Position numbers and translations under genes: made by a program | Source of the DNA: an uncultured Candidatus Poseidoniales archaeon | GTDB lineage: Archaea > Thermoplasmatota > Poseidoniia > Poseidoniales > Poseidoniaceae | Direction: 5' to 3' | DNA length: 64,000 nt | NCBI GenBank assembly: GCA_902605365.1 | Contig: CACLCM010000005.1 | Span: 3,759-67,758, forward strand | In this document: positions 25,312 through 35,263 of the stretch, in pieces | Layout of the letters: every line of letters begins with the position of its first letter | Numbering within the stretch: position 1 is the first letter of the stretch | The notes under the pieces: model-generated | The model's input: only the letters and a program-made list of their open reading frames with translations | Database searches by the model: none | Told to the model about the DNA's origin: nothing

Positions 25312-26019
25312 TTAAGTCAAATCAATGGTGATCTCACCAGTGTAACCATATTCGTTATTCAAACCGTAAGTTATACCGTTGTAAATGAATCCAATATCAC
25401 TCTCATAGTAAGTGTATCTCATTTTCCAGAGCTTAGAATCTTCCAGAGTTACGTATTTCATATCACTTGAGAAATACTCGAATGAATAAGTCTCTTCATC
25501 GTTATCAGCCTCATAGAATACAACTTCACCACCCCATGAATCGAAGTTGTCGTTACTTTGGTCTACAAATTCAATATGCCAACCTCCTGAAGAGGAACAG
25601 CCAAATGAAATAGGTCCATCATTCTCTGTTTGATCAGCATAATTTCTTACTAAATCCAATTCAATTGTTCCGGACTCACGGTATTGATTGTCACCACCAT
25701 ATACGGTTCCTCCAACAATGAATCCAATATCATCTTCATAGTAGGTATATTTCAGCGACCAATCAAGTGATTCATCTAATGTAACATACTTTTTGTCGCT
25801 AGAAAAGTGATTCAAATCTTTAGTATTTCCATTTGAATCTGTAAATTCAACTTTACCGTCCCAAGAGGCGAAATTGTCGTTACTCAAGTCGAAAAATTCT
25901 ACATGCCAAGATGAAGGGCATTCGGAGAACAATATTGCAGGCTCTTCATCATAGTTCAGGCATCCTGCAAGCGACCCAGATATGATAGTCAAACAAATAA
26001 TTGCGGTAACTGATTTCAT
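25312..26019 (-). CDS. Lipoprotein with two tandem homologous ~90-aa domains
   Basis: Lipobox LAGC. Two copies of WH[VI]EF.D.SNDNF.SW.G.V.F...FSSD.KYVTL...W...YTYYE.DIGFI. Confidence 0.8.
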   Translation of the reverse strand: MKSVTAIICLTIISGSLAGCLNYDEEPAILFSECPSSWHVEFFDLSNDNFASWDGKVEFTDSNGNTKDLNHFSSDKKYVTLDESLDWSLKYTYYEDDIGFIVGGTVYGGDNQYRESGTIELDLVRNYADQTENDGPISFGCSSSGGWHIEFVDQSNDNFDSWGGEVVFYEADNDEETYSFEYFSSDMKYVTLEDSKLWKMRYTYYESDIGFIYNGITYGLNNEYGYTGEITIDLT

Positions 26020-26122
26020 ATTTTTCACTAAATCGCACATTGTGGTCTAACTAATAAATGAAATCCCGGAATTGTCGAAATAATTATGCAAATACAAGTC
26101 AAAAACTATTGCAATCAGCATT

Positions 26123-27619
26123 CTATTCTTCTTCAGGGTCTATCTTTCTGTTTCGGATTCGAGGCGCAGCAATCCATAGTACTCCGATTAAGTTGCTATA
26201 CATTAGTGCCAATTCGACGGTTGGGTTATCATCTAGAAAAGGTTCTGTGCATTCTGAAACTCCTCTCCACCAAGTGTCATTTGGAATCGGTTCTCCAATA
26301 ATGAAACTACTTCCTAGCATTGGTGTTGCTACTGATAAATTTCTCTCTGCTCCCAGTGTTGATACTAATTCCATTGGTTCATACCAATGATGCAAGGCTA
26401 GTTCATATTTGGAAATATGAATTGGAAGTACGACTGATGCATTCAGATCTATTCCTGCCTGTATTACTTCTTCAGGTAGCATATGGACCTGCTTCCAAGC
26501 AAGATTGTATTGGCCTGAGTCCAAGAAGGCGATATCGAATGGGCCATACATCTCACTTATTTTTGAGAACTCTTCCATGTAGCCAGTGTCTCCGCTGAAG
26601 AATATGGTTTTGTCATGGAAGTTGAATACCCATGAACCCCACAATGTACTGTGTCCATCATTTATTCCTCTGCCACTGAAGTGGCGTGCTGGAGTTAGGG
26701 CGACTTGCAAATCCTCAGATACATTGGCTTCGTCATACCAATCAAACTCCTGAACATTTTCTTCATCTATTCCCCATTCTAGTAAGTGGTTTTTGATTCC
26801 TAAAGGTACAAAGAAAAAAGAATCTTCAAGATATTTTACCGTGTTCATATCCAAATGGTCATAGTGATCATGTGAAATGAATACATAATCAATTTCCGGT
26901 AAATCTTCCACGTTGTATGAGTTCTCGTAAGGGAATGGGCTAGGTCCTAGGGACAAAGGCCCAGCTCCACCATCTCCAAAAACAGGGTCTGTGATTATGC
27001 TAACATTATTTGAACGCATCAAAATAGTTGAATGACCAAACCATGTAACGCTTATTTCATTAGATGTCAAGTCAATTATCTCAAACTTCTCGGATGGTAA
27101 GTCTTCATTTGGTGACCTACAATCATCACTTACCAAGTAATCTCCCAACAAATCCCAGGATGAAACCTCATCTGATGAAACACTAGTTTGTTCTATGTTT
27201 TCGAATGAACCGTCCTTGTAGTTCTGCGAATCATGCGAAGATGGTTCTCCGCCAAAATCCTCTGCAAAATTGAGTACTATCGCTGTAGAAAGAACCAGTA
27301 TTGCAACTAAAATCACAAGAAAAAGACTCCACAATTTGAACTTCCTTTTCAAACTTGGTCTACGGAAATCGGTTTCGTTTTTCGTGAATAACTTAGTCCT
27401 TGATAGTAAATAGATAATGAACCAAAAGACGCAAAATATTGCCAGAATTACAATCACTGGTTGGAAGTTTTTTCCGTATAGCCAAAGCAGTACTGACAGC
27501 AATATCAGAATGTATCCCAATAGGTCATTGCCCGGTTTGAAAAAGTTTTGTAACCTCGAAACTTTATCGTGAGGTTCCTCACCGTTTTGACCTAGTTTGC
27601 TAGACATAACTACCACCAA
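26123..27619 (-). CDS. Membrane-anchored metallo-beta-lactamase-fold hydrolase (NAPE-PLD/RomA-like)
   Basis: TWFGHST, ISHDHYDHLD, PARHFSGR, LWGSW, FFSGDTGY and PIHISKY. N-terminal TMs and a C-terminal hydrophobic segment. Confidence 0.88.
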   Translation of the reverse strand: MVVVMSSKLGQNGEEPHDKVSRLQNFFKPGNDLLGYILILLSVLLWLYGKNFQPVIVILAIFCVFWFIIYLLSRTKLFTKNETDFRRPSLKRKFKLWSLFLVILVAILVLSTAIVLNFAEDFGGEPSSHDSQNYKDGSFENIEQTSVSSDEVSSWDLLGDYLVSDDCRSPNEDLPSEKFEIIDLTSNEISVTWFGHSTILMRSNNVSIITDPVFGDGGAGPLSLGPSPFPYENSYNVEDLPEIDYVFISHDHYDHLDMNTVKYLEDSFFFVPLGIKNHLLEWGIDEENVQEFDWYDEANVSEDLQVALTPARHFSGRGINDGHSTLWGSWVFNFHDKTIFFSGDTGYMEEFSKISEMYGPFDIAFLDSGQYNLAWKQVHMLPEEVIQAGIDLNASVVLPIHISKYELALHHWYEPMELVSTLGAERNLSVATPMLGSSFIIGEPIPNDTWWRGVSECTEPFLDDNPTVELALMYSNLIGVLWIAAPRIRNRKIDPEEE

Positions 27620-27634
27620 TTAATTGGTTCCTGT

Positions 27635-29755
27635 TCATGCTTGTTGCCAATCTGTTCCATTCCACCACAATGTAGTGCCATTGTCCATGGATCTCCATGT
27701 ATTGCCATTAGCATCAGTCCACTGTTGGACAACTGCAGGTTCTGCCACTACTGTGGGTTGAGCGACGGGTTGAACCGGTGTAACCGGTTGTGTACTCATT
27801 CCAACTTGAGCTTCTACATGGGTTGGTTGGAATGGTTTGAATTGGCCAGCCATTAAAGTCTGAGGTAATTCTTTCTCCTCCTCATCAACGATTCCATTAC
27901 CGCCTCTTCTCATGAAGAAAACTCCCGCTAGTGCTGCAATAATTACGAAAGCGACTATTCCAATGATTAGCATCATATTGTCATCATCATCTTCTGCTGC
28001 TAATTCTGCTGCCAATTGTGCATTGTCTCCCACTCCGTCACCATCGGTGTCTAGAGTCTCACTAGCATCATTAGGGAATGCATCAGCATTATCTCCAACG
28101 CCATCCATGTCTGAATCTGCTGATTCATTTGCATCGTTAGGGAACACGTCGCTATTGTCTCCTACATTATCGCCGTCACTATCTACAGTCTCTGTAGCAT
28201 CAACTGGGAATGCATCTGCATTATCTCCAACTCCATCCATGTCTGAATCAAGAGTCTCACTGGAATCTTCAGGGAATACATCTGTATTGTCTCCAACTCC
28301 ATCCATATCTGAATCCATGGTTTCGCTTGCATCCTCAGGGAATGCATCTGCATTATCTCCAACCCCATCGCTATCGGTGTCAAGAGTCTCATTAGCGTCA
28401 TTCGGGAATGCGTCTGAGTTATCTCCCACTCCGTCCATATCGGAGTCTAGAGTCTCATTTGCATCACTAGGGAATGCATCTGCATTATCACCTACACCAT
28501 CCATGTCTGAGTCTAGAGTTTCACTAGCATCGTTAGGGAATGCATCAGAATTATCTCCAACACCATCCATGTCTGAGTCTAGAGTTTCACTAGCATCATT
28601 AGGGAATACATCGGCATTATCACCAACCCCGTCCATGTCTGAGTCCATAGTTTCGCTTGGATCGTTAGGGAATGCATCGCCATTGTCTCCAACGCCATCC
28701 ATGTCAGAATCCACGGTCTCACTAGCATCATTAGGGAATGCGTCTGCATTATCTCCTACTCCATCCATGTCCGAATCCATCGTTTCACTCGCATCATTGG
28801 GGAATGCATCAGAATTGTCGCCAACTCCGTCACTGTCAGAGTCAACGGTTTCACCTGCATCATTAGGGAATACATCCGCATTATCACCCACGCCATCCGA
28901 ATCAGAATCTGTATCTTCATTCGGGTCATTAGGGAATGCATCATTTCCATCTAGTGTTCCATCACCATCGCTATCGATGTCAACTATGTTTACACTGTCT
29001 GGACAATCTTCTGTATTACCATAGTCAATACCATCTTTTGGTGTAACCTTGACAGTCCAAGTTTCACCTACGGAAGTTGCAGAAGAAGGAATAGTCATCA
29101 GGTCATTGAATGAACTGCGCAGGTTGCCATTAGCAAACCATCGAATTTGAGTTCCAGATTCTGGATCGCTTTCTTCATCTGAGTATGTGTATGAAAGCGT
29201 GAATGATTGGTCAACCGCAACATCTCCATTAGGAGTTAATCTAAGATCAGATGCCACAGGTGGTATGTTTTGTGGTGGTAATTCTTCACTAACAGTCCAA
29301 GAGTTAGTACCCCAGTTGTCTCCAGAGTTACCATTAGCTCCATTTGCATAAAGTACTGCTAGATCGAAAGTAACAGTTCCGGAACCTGGTGAAGGTGCAA
29401 TCCAATCTGCAGACCAAGAGCGCTGAAGGTCTGAACTGTGAGTTAATTCTCCATTTGATATCTTGACTCTATTACCCAAATTTGTCCATGAGCCACTAGA
29501 AGCGTCTAGGTTAAATCCGCCTTCACCGGTAGAAGACATGCCACTTCCAGTCCAAGAAAGAGAGTATGTTAAGCCGGGTGTGTAGGTGGTTGGTAGTCCA
29601 GTCATAGTTGGTGCAATCATCGCATCTGTGGCGTGGCAACCGCAACCACTGCTGGCGGAACCGGTTTTACCTGAGGAATTAGCATCAGCAAGGTTTGCTC
29701 CTGATACTGCTAGCAAGAGAAGACTGATGGCAAATGCACGGAAATACGGCGACAT
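27635..29755 (-). CDS. Surface protein: Reeler-like N-domain, Ig-like domain, thrombospondin type-3-like Ca-binding repeats, TM and Trp-rich tail
   Basis: Signal peptide; CGCH..GLPTTYTPGLTYSL..GGFNL..WIAPSPGSGTVTF; DSDxDGVGDNxDAFPND repeats; TM; tail WTDANGNTW..DNGTTLWWNGTDW. Confidence 0.85.
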   Translation of the reverse strand: MSPYFRAFAISLLLLAVSGANLADANSSGKTGSASSGCGCHATDAMIAPTMTGLPTTYTPGLTYSLSWTGSGMSSTGEGGFNLDASSGSWTNLGNRVKISNGELTHSSDLQRSWSADWIAPSPGSGTVTFDLAVLYANGANGNSGDNWGTNSWTVSEELPPQNIPPVASDLRLTPNGDVAVDQSFTLSYTYSDEESDPESGTQIRWFANGNLRSSFNDLMTIPSSATSVGETWTVKVTPKDGIDYGNTEDCPDSVNIVDIDSDGDGTLDGNDAFPNDPNEDTDSDSDGVGDNADVFPNDAGETVDSDSDGVGDNSDAFPNDASETMDSDMDGVGDNADAFPNDASETVDSDMDGVGDNGDAFPNDPSETMDSDMDGVGDNADVFPNDASETLDSDMDGVGDNSDAFPNDASETLDSDMDGVGDNADAFPSDANETLDSDMDGVGDNSDAFPNDANETLDTDSDGVGDNADAFPEDASETMDSDMDGVGDNTDVFPEDSSETLDSDMDGVGDNADAFPVDATETVDSDGDNVGDNSDVFPNDANESADSDMDGVGDNADAFPNDASETLDTDGDGVGDNAQLAAELAAEDDDDNMMLIIGIVAFVIIAALAGVFFMRRGGNGIVDEEEKELPQTLMAGQFKPFQPTHVEAQVGMSTQPVTPVQPVAQPTVVAEPAVVQQWTDANGNTWRSMDNGTTLWWNGTDWQQA
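28019..28975 (-). repeat. Coding tandem array of 14 full plus 1 partial 66-bp (22-aa) TSP3-like repeats
   Basis: DSDMDGVGDNADAFPNDASETL units counted from the translation. Confidence 0.9.
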
Positions 29756-29823
29756 ACCTCTTAACGCTATTCGATTGGCTTTTACTATTTGGGTAAACGG
29801 TTTGATTACTCGAATGAAGGGGA

Positions 29824-29896
29824 TAGTCCTGGTCGGAATCGAACCGACGTCCCCGGGACCAAAACCCGAGATGATGGACCACTACACTACAGGACT
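29824..29896 (-). tRNA. tRNA-Gln(TTG)
   Basis: Reverse complement AGTCCTG...TCGGG-TTTTGGT-CCCGG...GGTTCGATTCC...CAGGACTA forms a full cloverleaf. Confidence 0.95.
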
Positions 29897-29919
29897 GTGG
29901 TAGTCGGGCCGTAGCCAAT

Positions 29920-30369
29920 TCACTTCAAGTGCGTTTCGCCTATGACCTCTCTGGCCGAGGCAATAAATTCAGACAAATCTAGTCCTTGTGAATCTTCGTA
30001 TATTCGTGCCATTAAGGCCATGTCTAACTTGTCAAGATGCTTCACAAACTTGGCTTCTGGAGTAACTTGTGCCTCATACTCTTCAAACAGCGCCAGCCAT
30101 TGCGGAGCCAATGATTTCATCGCAGCATGTTCGTCTTGACTTTTGGTGCTAGTATCATCGTGAGGTGTGAGGTCTCCGACTTCAACTTCAGGCAAATCGT
30201 GAACCAAGCACATCTCCAAAACTCGCATTCGGTCCAATTCTTCAGGACACAAGTGCATACCCAGAACCGACATACCCCATGAATGAGCAGCTACACTTTC
30301 AGGGGCATCCACGCCTGCCCTAACCCATCCAGTTCGCAGTATGTGCTTGAGGTGTAACCATTCACGCAT
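29920..30369 (-). CDS. HD-domain hydrolase (YfbR/HDDC2-like 5'-deoxynucleotidase)
   Basis: LKHILRTGW, ESVAAHSW, LVHDLPEVEVGD and LDKLDM. Confidence 0.88.
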   Translation of the reverse strand: MREWLHLKHILRTGWVRAGVDAPESVAAHSWGMSVLGMHLCPEELDRMRVLEMCLVHDLPEVEVGDLTPHDDTSTKSQDEHAAMKSLAPQWLALFEEYEAQVTPEAKFVKHLDKLDMALMARIYEDSQGLDLSEFIASAREVIGETHLK

Positions 30370-30462
30370 GATTGTGGTATGTTGACTTACCATTAGAAAC
30401 ATGTGTAGTAATTTTGTGCCATGAAGCCAATTATCATCAATGGGGAACTATTCGGCTTGGAT

Positions 30463-31314
30463 ATGAGCATCTCAAAAATGGCAGTTCTTGGCGCAGGTCA
30501 AATGGGAAATGGAATTACTCAAGTTGCAGCATGTGCTGGAATTGAAGTGGTAATGATTGACATTAAGCAAGAATTTGTTGACCGTGGTATTGCAACGATC
30601 GAGAAATCGCTTGCTAAGTTAGTTTCAAAGGAAAGAATGAGCCAAGAGGATGCAGATTCGGCACGTGCTAAAATTTCTACTTCTACCGACCGTTCAGTTT
30701 GCAGCGATGTAGATTTAGTTGTTGAAGCAGTACCTGAAATACTCGATTTGAAAATCTCTATATTCAGTGAATTGGATGGAATCTGCAAACCAGATTGTAT
30801 TCTTGCTTCCAATACTTCTTCAATTTCGATTAGCACAATTGCAGAATCTACAAACAGGCCGGAAAAGGTTATCGGAATGCATTTCATGAACCCAGTTCCA
30901 ATTATGAAATTGGTAGAGGTGATCAATGGCAAAGATACTTCTGAGGAAGTAACAGCATCTGTATTAGAGGCGGCAGAAAGAATGGGTAAAATCCCGTTGA
31001 TGTGCAATGACTCTCCTGGTTTCGTATCTAATAGAATTCTATGTCCTATGATTAATGAAGCAATTTTGACTCTCCAAGAAGGAGTCGCAGAGCCAGAAGC
31101 AATCGATGGAATAATGAAATTGGGAATGAATCACCCGATAGGGCCTCTTGCACTATCTGACTTAATCGGAAACGACACTGTATTGCATATCATGAATGTT
31201 CTACATGAAGGGTTAGCCGATGACAAATATGCACCAGCACCTCTTCTTATAGAGATGGTTGAGCAAGGTAAATTGGGTCGCAAATCAGGCCAAGGTTTCT
31301 ACGAATATTCGTAA
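30463..31314 (+). CDS. hbd: 3-hydroxyacyl-CoA (3-hydroxybutyryl-CoA) dehydrogenase
   Basis: [34 protein letters not shown] and HPIGP. Confidence 0.92.
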   Translation: MSISKMAVLGAGQMGNGITQVAACAGIEVVMIDIKQEFVDRGIATIEKSLAKLVSKERMSQEDADSARAKISTSTDRSVCSDVDLVVEAVPEILDLKISIFSELDGICKPDCILASNTSSISISTIAESTNRPEKVIGMHFMNPVPIMKLVEVINGKDTSEEVTASVLEAAERMGKIPLMCNDSPGFVSNRILCPMINEAILTLQEGVAEPEAIDGIMKLGMNHPIGPLALSDLIGNDTVLHIMNVLHEGLADDKYAPAPLLIEMVEQGKLGRKSGQGFYEYS

Positions 31315-31369
31315 TCCTATCTGCGCACTCAAGGCTAAGAGTTTAGTTAATGAGTGCGTTCGCATAAAC

Positions 31370-34300
31370 ATGCGGAAGGCTGTTTTACTATCGGCTTTGA
31401 TGTTCTGCGTCGTGCTTTCACCTTTCGTTCAAGCATCAGATACAGACAATGACGGTATATCGGATGACACGGACTTGTGCATGTGGGCACCCGGTACTGC
31501 AAACTCTACTGCAGGTATGGGTTGTCCAGATAGGGATGGTAATGGCCTCGCAGATTTCGAAGAGGAAATCAGGCACAATTGGTTAGATTCAAAAGAAGAA
31601 AAGAGAATTAATAACGATCCACTTGGTAATGAGCCAGTAGCTCTTGAATGGTCTTTAGATGGTACTGTTTACTACGGTGGTGGACAAAGTGATTTCGTAG
31701 AAATGTATGATGCCCTTGGAAATTACGTATCAACCTTGTATCAGATGCCAGGCGATATCAGGGATATCGAACGTTCACCCGATGGTACTATGCTCGCAGT
31801 TGTTAGCACAGGTACTGGTGCTGTGATAATTAATTCAACAACTGGGGCCTTGGTTTCTAACCTCGTAAACAATAGCAACGGCTCCATACAGGGCTCAATT
31901 TATTCGATTGCTTGGTCCAATGACCAGAGCCGAGTGTTTGTTCACAATGGCACATCTGGCATAACTTGGTTCACTACAAATAATTGGTCACAAGAGCGAT
32001 TGATTCCAAACTTCCCTACTTGGGCTGGTTCTAGTTGGATGGGTGGAATTGATACAACACCTGATGATAGTTTGGTTATATTTTCAGCAATTAGTGAAAT
32101 TAATGCATATTGGATAAATAATGGTACATTTGCTTGGACGATAGACAATCATACACAGTATATTAGAGCTCTAAAGGTTAGTCCAGATGGAAGGTATCTT
32201 GCTTCAGGAAGTGATTCAAATAATATGTTAATTCATACCCTTGGCAGAACACCTGTGCTGATCAAAACTCTAGATATCGGTTCAGATGTTTACGAGATTG
32301 ATATTTCCAAGGATGGTGGAACTGTATTTGTTGCAAGTCATTCACGAACTGTCAAAACCTTTGATTCACTTTCTTGGAATACTCTGGGTAACATATCTGG
32401 TTTCAATGGAAGCAGTAATAATAACCGTGGAACAGAATCTATTGCTGTAAGCCCTGATGGTGAACGTTTAGTTATCAGTCACCGCAGAGGCAATATGTCG
32501 CTTTACTTCGCCCCTGATGCTTACATTAGATTACATGGCGAGCATTACACTTCCCTCTTGGAGGATTATTGGAGATTATCATACCCTTCAAATACGGAAT
32601 CAGTAAGGTATTGGAATTTTGATAGGGTTACTTCAACAGTTGATGCTTGCGATTCTAAAGATTACATTGGTTCGAGTCCTATTGGTGTGAGCCCGCAATA
32701 TGCAACCAAGAACTCCAGTTATACAACAACAGGCGTGTGGGATTGTAAAAATACTGATAGCCAAATATTGGAAATACCATACGGCAGAGTTCCCGGTGCT
32801 TTAATGGTAAAATCGGGAAGCACTTCTGAGACTTGCATCGAAACTATTGGAGGCCTCTCAATGGGTCAGGTGAGATGGATAGTTTCCGGTTCCAACAAAG
32901 CATCACTGACAGGAGCAGGTGAGATGCCAGGACTTGTATGGTCTTCTGTAGTTCCAAACGATGATTCTGATGGTGTAGTTGAATGGAAGGATTTAGATCC
33001 GTCATGCCCAGATACTGAAATTGTATTAGCACACCGATGGGAAAATCGTAGTGATATTAGAATATTAGAGGAAACTGTACTCTGTGAGAATTGTGCATTT
33101 AAGGACAGTATTTACACTTCGTCAAGTGCCCGCTATCGTGCTTCAAACAGTGAATATGAGTCAGATGTTGTTGGCGGTGTTGCAGGACCTAGTGGCGCTG
33201 GTTCAATTGGATTCACCGAGATGGTATATGCAGTGAACAATGCACACTTAGTTCACATTATTCCGCTTGTAGACAATTATACTCACGGTGCGAGTGATGC
33301 ACTCTTAGACGGTGGTGTTCTAGTAAATGCGACTCTCAATAATTCTCGTTCAGATGATTGGCCGTTACAAACCAACATGCGAGCATTCATTTCAACCGAT
33401 TCTTTAGCGTCGAATCTTGATTTCTTGAAATTCCTTCTCACAGATGTTGGCCAAATGCGTTGGGAGCAAGCAGGTTTCACAGGACTGAATGCTTGGGATT
33501 TGTACCAATCATGGGGCAAACTAGGTGTCAACATGATTCACCTTCTACCCGATGCTGATGAAGATGGCGTTTGGGATGGCGAAGACCTTTGTCCTGAAAC
33601 CATGATTGGAATCGTGGTCAATGAACTCGGTTGTGCTGAAAATCAGCTCGATGATGATTTAGACGGATTCACTAACGATTTGGATGATTGTGACAATGTC
33701 TCAGGGACCTCTACTCTTGGTAGCGTTGGTTGTCCAGATTCAGACGGAGATCAGTGGGCTGATGACTTTGACAGCCACCCTAGCGACTCATCAGAATGGA
33801 ATGACACTGACATGGATGAATTTGGTGATAATTCTGATGATTGCATAGACACCTATGGTAACTCGACAGAGGACCTACTTGGTTGTGTAGATTCTGATGG
33901 GGATGGCTGGTCAGATTCAGGAGATACATTCCCTGATGACCCAACAGAATGGATTGATACTGACAATGATGGATATGGAGATAATGCTGATGCATTCCCG
34001 AATGAGATTTCTCAATGGCTAGATACTGACTCGGATGGTTTTGGTGATAACAATACTGGGCTGGAAGGAGATGATTGCGTGGAAGTAAGTGGTACTTCAC
34101 ATGAAGATGGTATCTTCGGTTGTATCGATACAGATTCGGACGGTTGGGCAGATTCGATTGATGACCTACCATTCAATCCTGAACAGCACCGTGACGAAGA
34201 TGGTGACGGCGTTGGGGATGATGCATCGGTCAATGACTATGATTGGTGTGTAGAGACACCTGCAGACGAGATTAGCATGGTTGATTCGGTTGGTTGTGGA

Positions 34301-35227
34301 CCATCTGAAAGAGATGGTGATTATGATACATTTACAGATGACATGGACCAGTGTCCAAACACTCCAATTTCTCAATCAACTCAGGTAAATACGACAATAT
34401 ATCTTGATTCTGAAAGAACTGAGATCAATCCATACGTCGGCTGTGCACCTTCAGAAATCGACTCCGATGGTGATGGAATCTCCTTAGACAGTGACTGGGA
34501 TGACAACAACCCTGACCAATGGTTTGACTCTGATGGTGATGGGTATGGAGACAACTCAGATGGATTAAACGGTGATGATTGTCCCAACGATGCTGGTAAT
34601 TCGATTTATGATCAGGTCGGTTGCTATGACTTAGATGGTGACGGCTGGTCATTTGATTCAGATTTCAATGACGGCGACCCTACTCAATGGAATGATACTG
34701 ATGAAGATGGATTTGGAGATAACTGGGATAATCCAGATTGGACTGAATCAAGAACATTAGGAATTTATCTCGAAGGAGCTACTCAACCAGATAGATGTCC
34801 GAATGAATATTCTCCTTATCTTTATTCAGACTATCAAGGATGTTTGACTACAATTCCAGATTCTGATGAGAATAAAATTATTGCATCTGATGATGAAACC
34901 GAAGACTCCAACCTGATTATGATAATTGCAATAGCAGGAACTGGGGTAGTATTCCTATTATTCGGGGCTATAGCAATGATTCTGAAAAAGAAACCTGCGC
35001 AAAACAAACGCCGTCCAAAGAAATCTGCTCCACAAATTAGGGATGATGCAGAGGAAGTATTGCAGTCTCTGGACTCAGAGAAATCAGACAACTTCGTGTC
35101 TTCCTGGGAAGAGTTACCTGATGGTGACTGGATGGATACAGATGAAAACGGAGTTAATTGGTATCAGGACACTACTGGCCGTTATTGGTATTCAGACTCT
35201 GGTGGTTTCCGAGTTTGGGATAAGTGA
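31370..35227 (+). CDS. Large surface protein: WD40 beta-propeller, PstS-like solute-binding domain, TSP3-like repeats, TM and Trp-rich tail
   Basis: Signal peptide; WD40 (WSLDG, SPDGT, SPDGRYLASGS); LSMGQVRWIVSG..WKDLDPSCPDTEI..GSIGF..WPLQTNM; DxDxDG repeats; TM at ~34915-34985. Confidence 0.85.
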   Translation: MRKAVLLSALMFCVVLSPFVQASDTDNDGISDDTDLCMWAPGTANSTAGMGCPDRDGNGLADFEEEIRHNWLDSKEEKRINNDPLGNEPVALEWSLDGTVYYGGGQSDFVEMYDALGNYVSTLYQMPGDIRDIERSPDGTMLAVVSTGTGAVIINSTTGALVSNLVNNSNGSIQGSIYSIAWSNDQSRVFVHNGTSGITWFTTNNWSQERLIPNFPTWAGSSWMGGIDTTPDDSLVIFSAISEINAYWINNGTFAWTIDNHTQYIRALKVSPDGRYLASGSDSNNMLIHTLGRTPVLIKTLDIGSDVYEIDISKDGGTVFVASHSRTVKTFDSLSWNTLGNISGFNGSSNNNRGTESIAVSPDGERLVISHRRGNMSLYFAPDAYIRLHGEHYTSLLEDYWRLSYPSNTESVRYWNFDRVTSTVDACDSKDYIGSSPIGVSPQYATKNSSYTTTGVWDCKNTDSQILEIPYGRVPGALMVKSGSTSETCIETIGGLSMGQVRWIVSGSNKASLTGAGEMPGLVWSSVVPNDDSDGVVEWKDLDPSCPDTEIVLAHRWENRSDIRILEETVLCENCAFKDSIYTSSSARYRASNSEYESDVVGGVAGPSGAGSIGFTEMVYAVNNAHLVHIIPLVDNYTHGASDALLDGGVLVNATLNNSRSDDWPLQTNMRAFISTDSLASNLDFLKFLLTDVGQMRWEQAGFTGLNAWDLYQSWGKLGVNMIHLLPDADEDGVWDGEDLCPETMIGIVVNELGCAENQLDDDLDGFTNDLDDCDNVSGTSTLGSVGCPDSDGDQWADDFDSHPSDSSEWNDTDMDEFGDNSDDCIDTYGNSTEDLLGCVDSDGDGWSDSGDTFPDDPTEWIDTDNDGYGDNADAFPNEISQWLDTDSDGFGDNNTGLEGDDCVEVSGTSHEDGIFGCIDTDSDGWADSIDDLPFNPEQHRDEDGDGVGDDASVNDYDWCVETPADEISMVDSVGCGPSERDGDYDTFTDDMDQCPNTPISQSTQVNTTIYLDSERTEINPYVGCAPSEIDSDGDGISLDSDWDDNNPDQWFDSDGDGYGDNSDGLNGDDCPNDAGNSIYDQVGCYDLDGDGWSFDSDFNDGDPTQWNDTDEDGFGDNWDNPDWTESRTLGIYLEGATQPDRCPNEYSPYLYSDYQGCLTTIPDSDENKIIASDDETEDSNLIMIIAIAGTGVVFLLFGAIAMILKKKPAQNKRRPKKSAPQIRDDAEEVLQSLDSEKSDNFVSSWEELPDGDWMDTDENGVNWYQDTTGRYWYSDSGGFRVWDK

Positions 35228-35263
35228 GAAAGACTCAAACCATTTAGCCACTCATTACTCAGT

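Noticed and set aside
28019-28975. Regular 66-bp repeats as a CRISPR array
   Set aside because: The repeats are in-frame and coding, vary at synonymous positions and have no unique spacers. No cas genes are present.
27912-29024. 370-aa Ser/Pro-rich plus-strand ORF
   Set aside because: It is the antisense shadow of the TSP3-like repeat array.
15426-29896. Integrated provirus or integrative element between tRNAs
   Set aside because: No integrase, capsid or replication gene, and no visible duplicated tRNA 3' end. Kept only as a flexible region.
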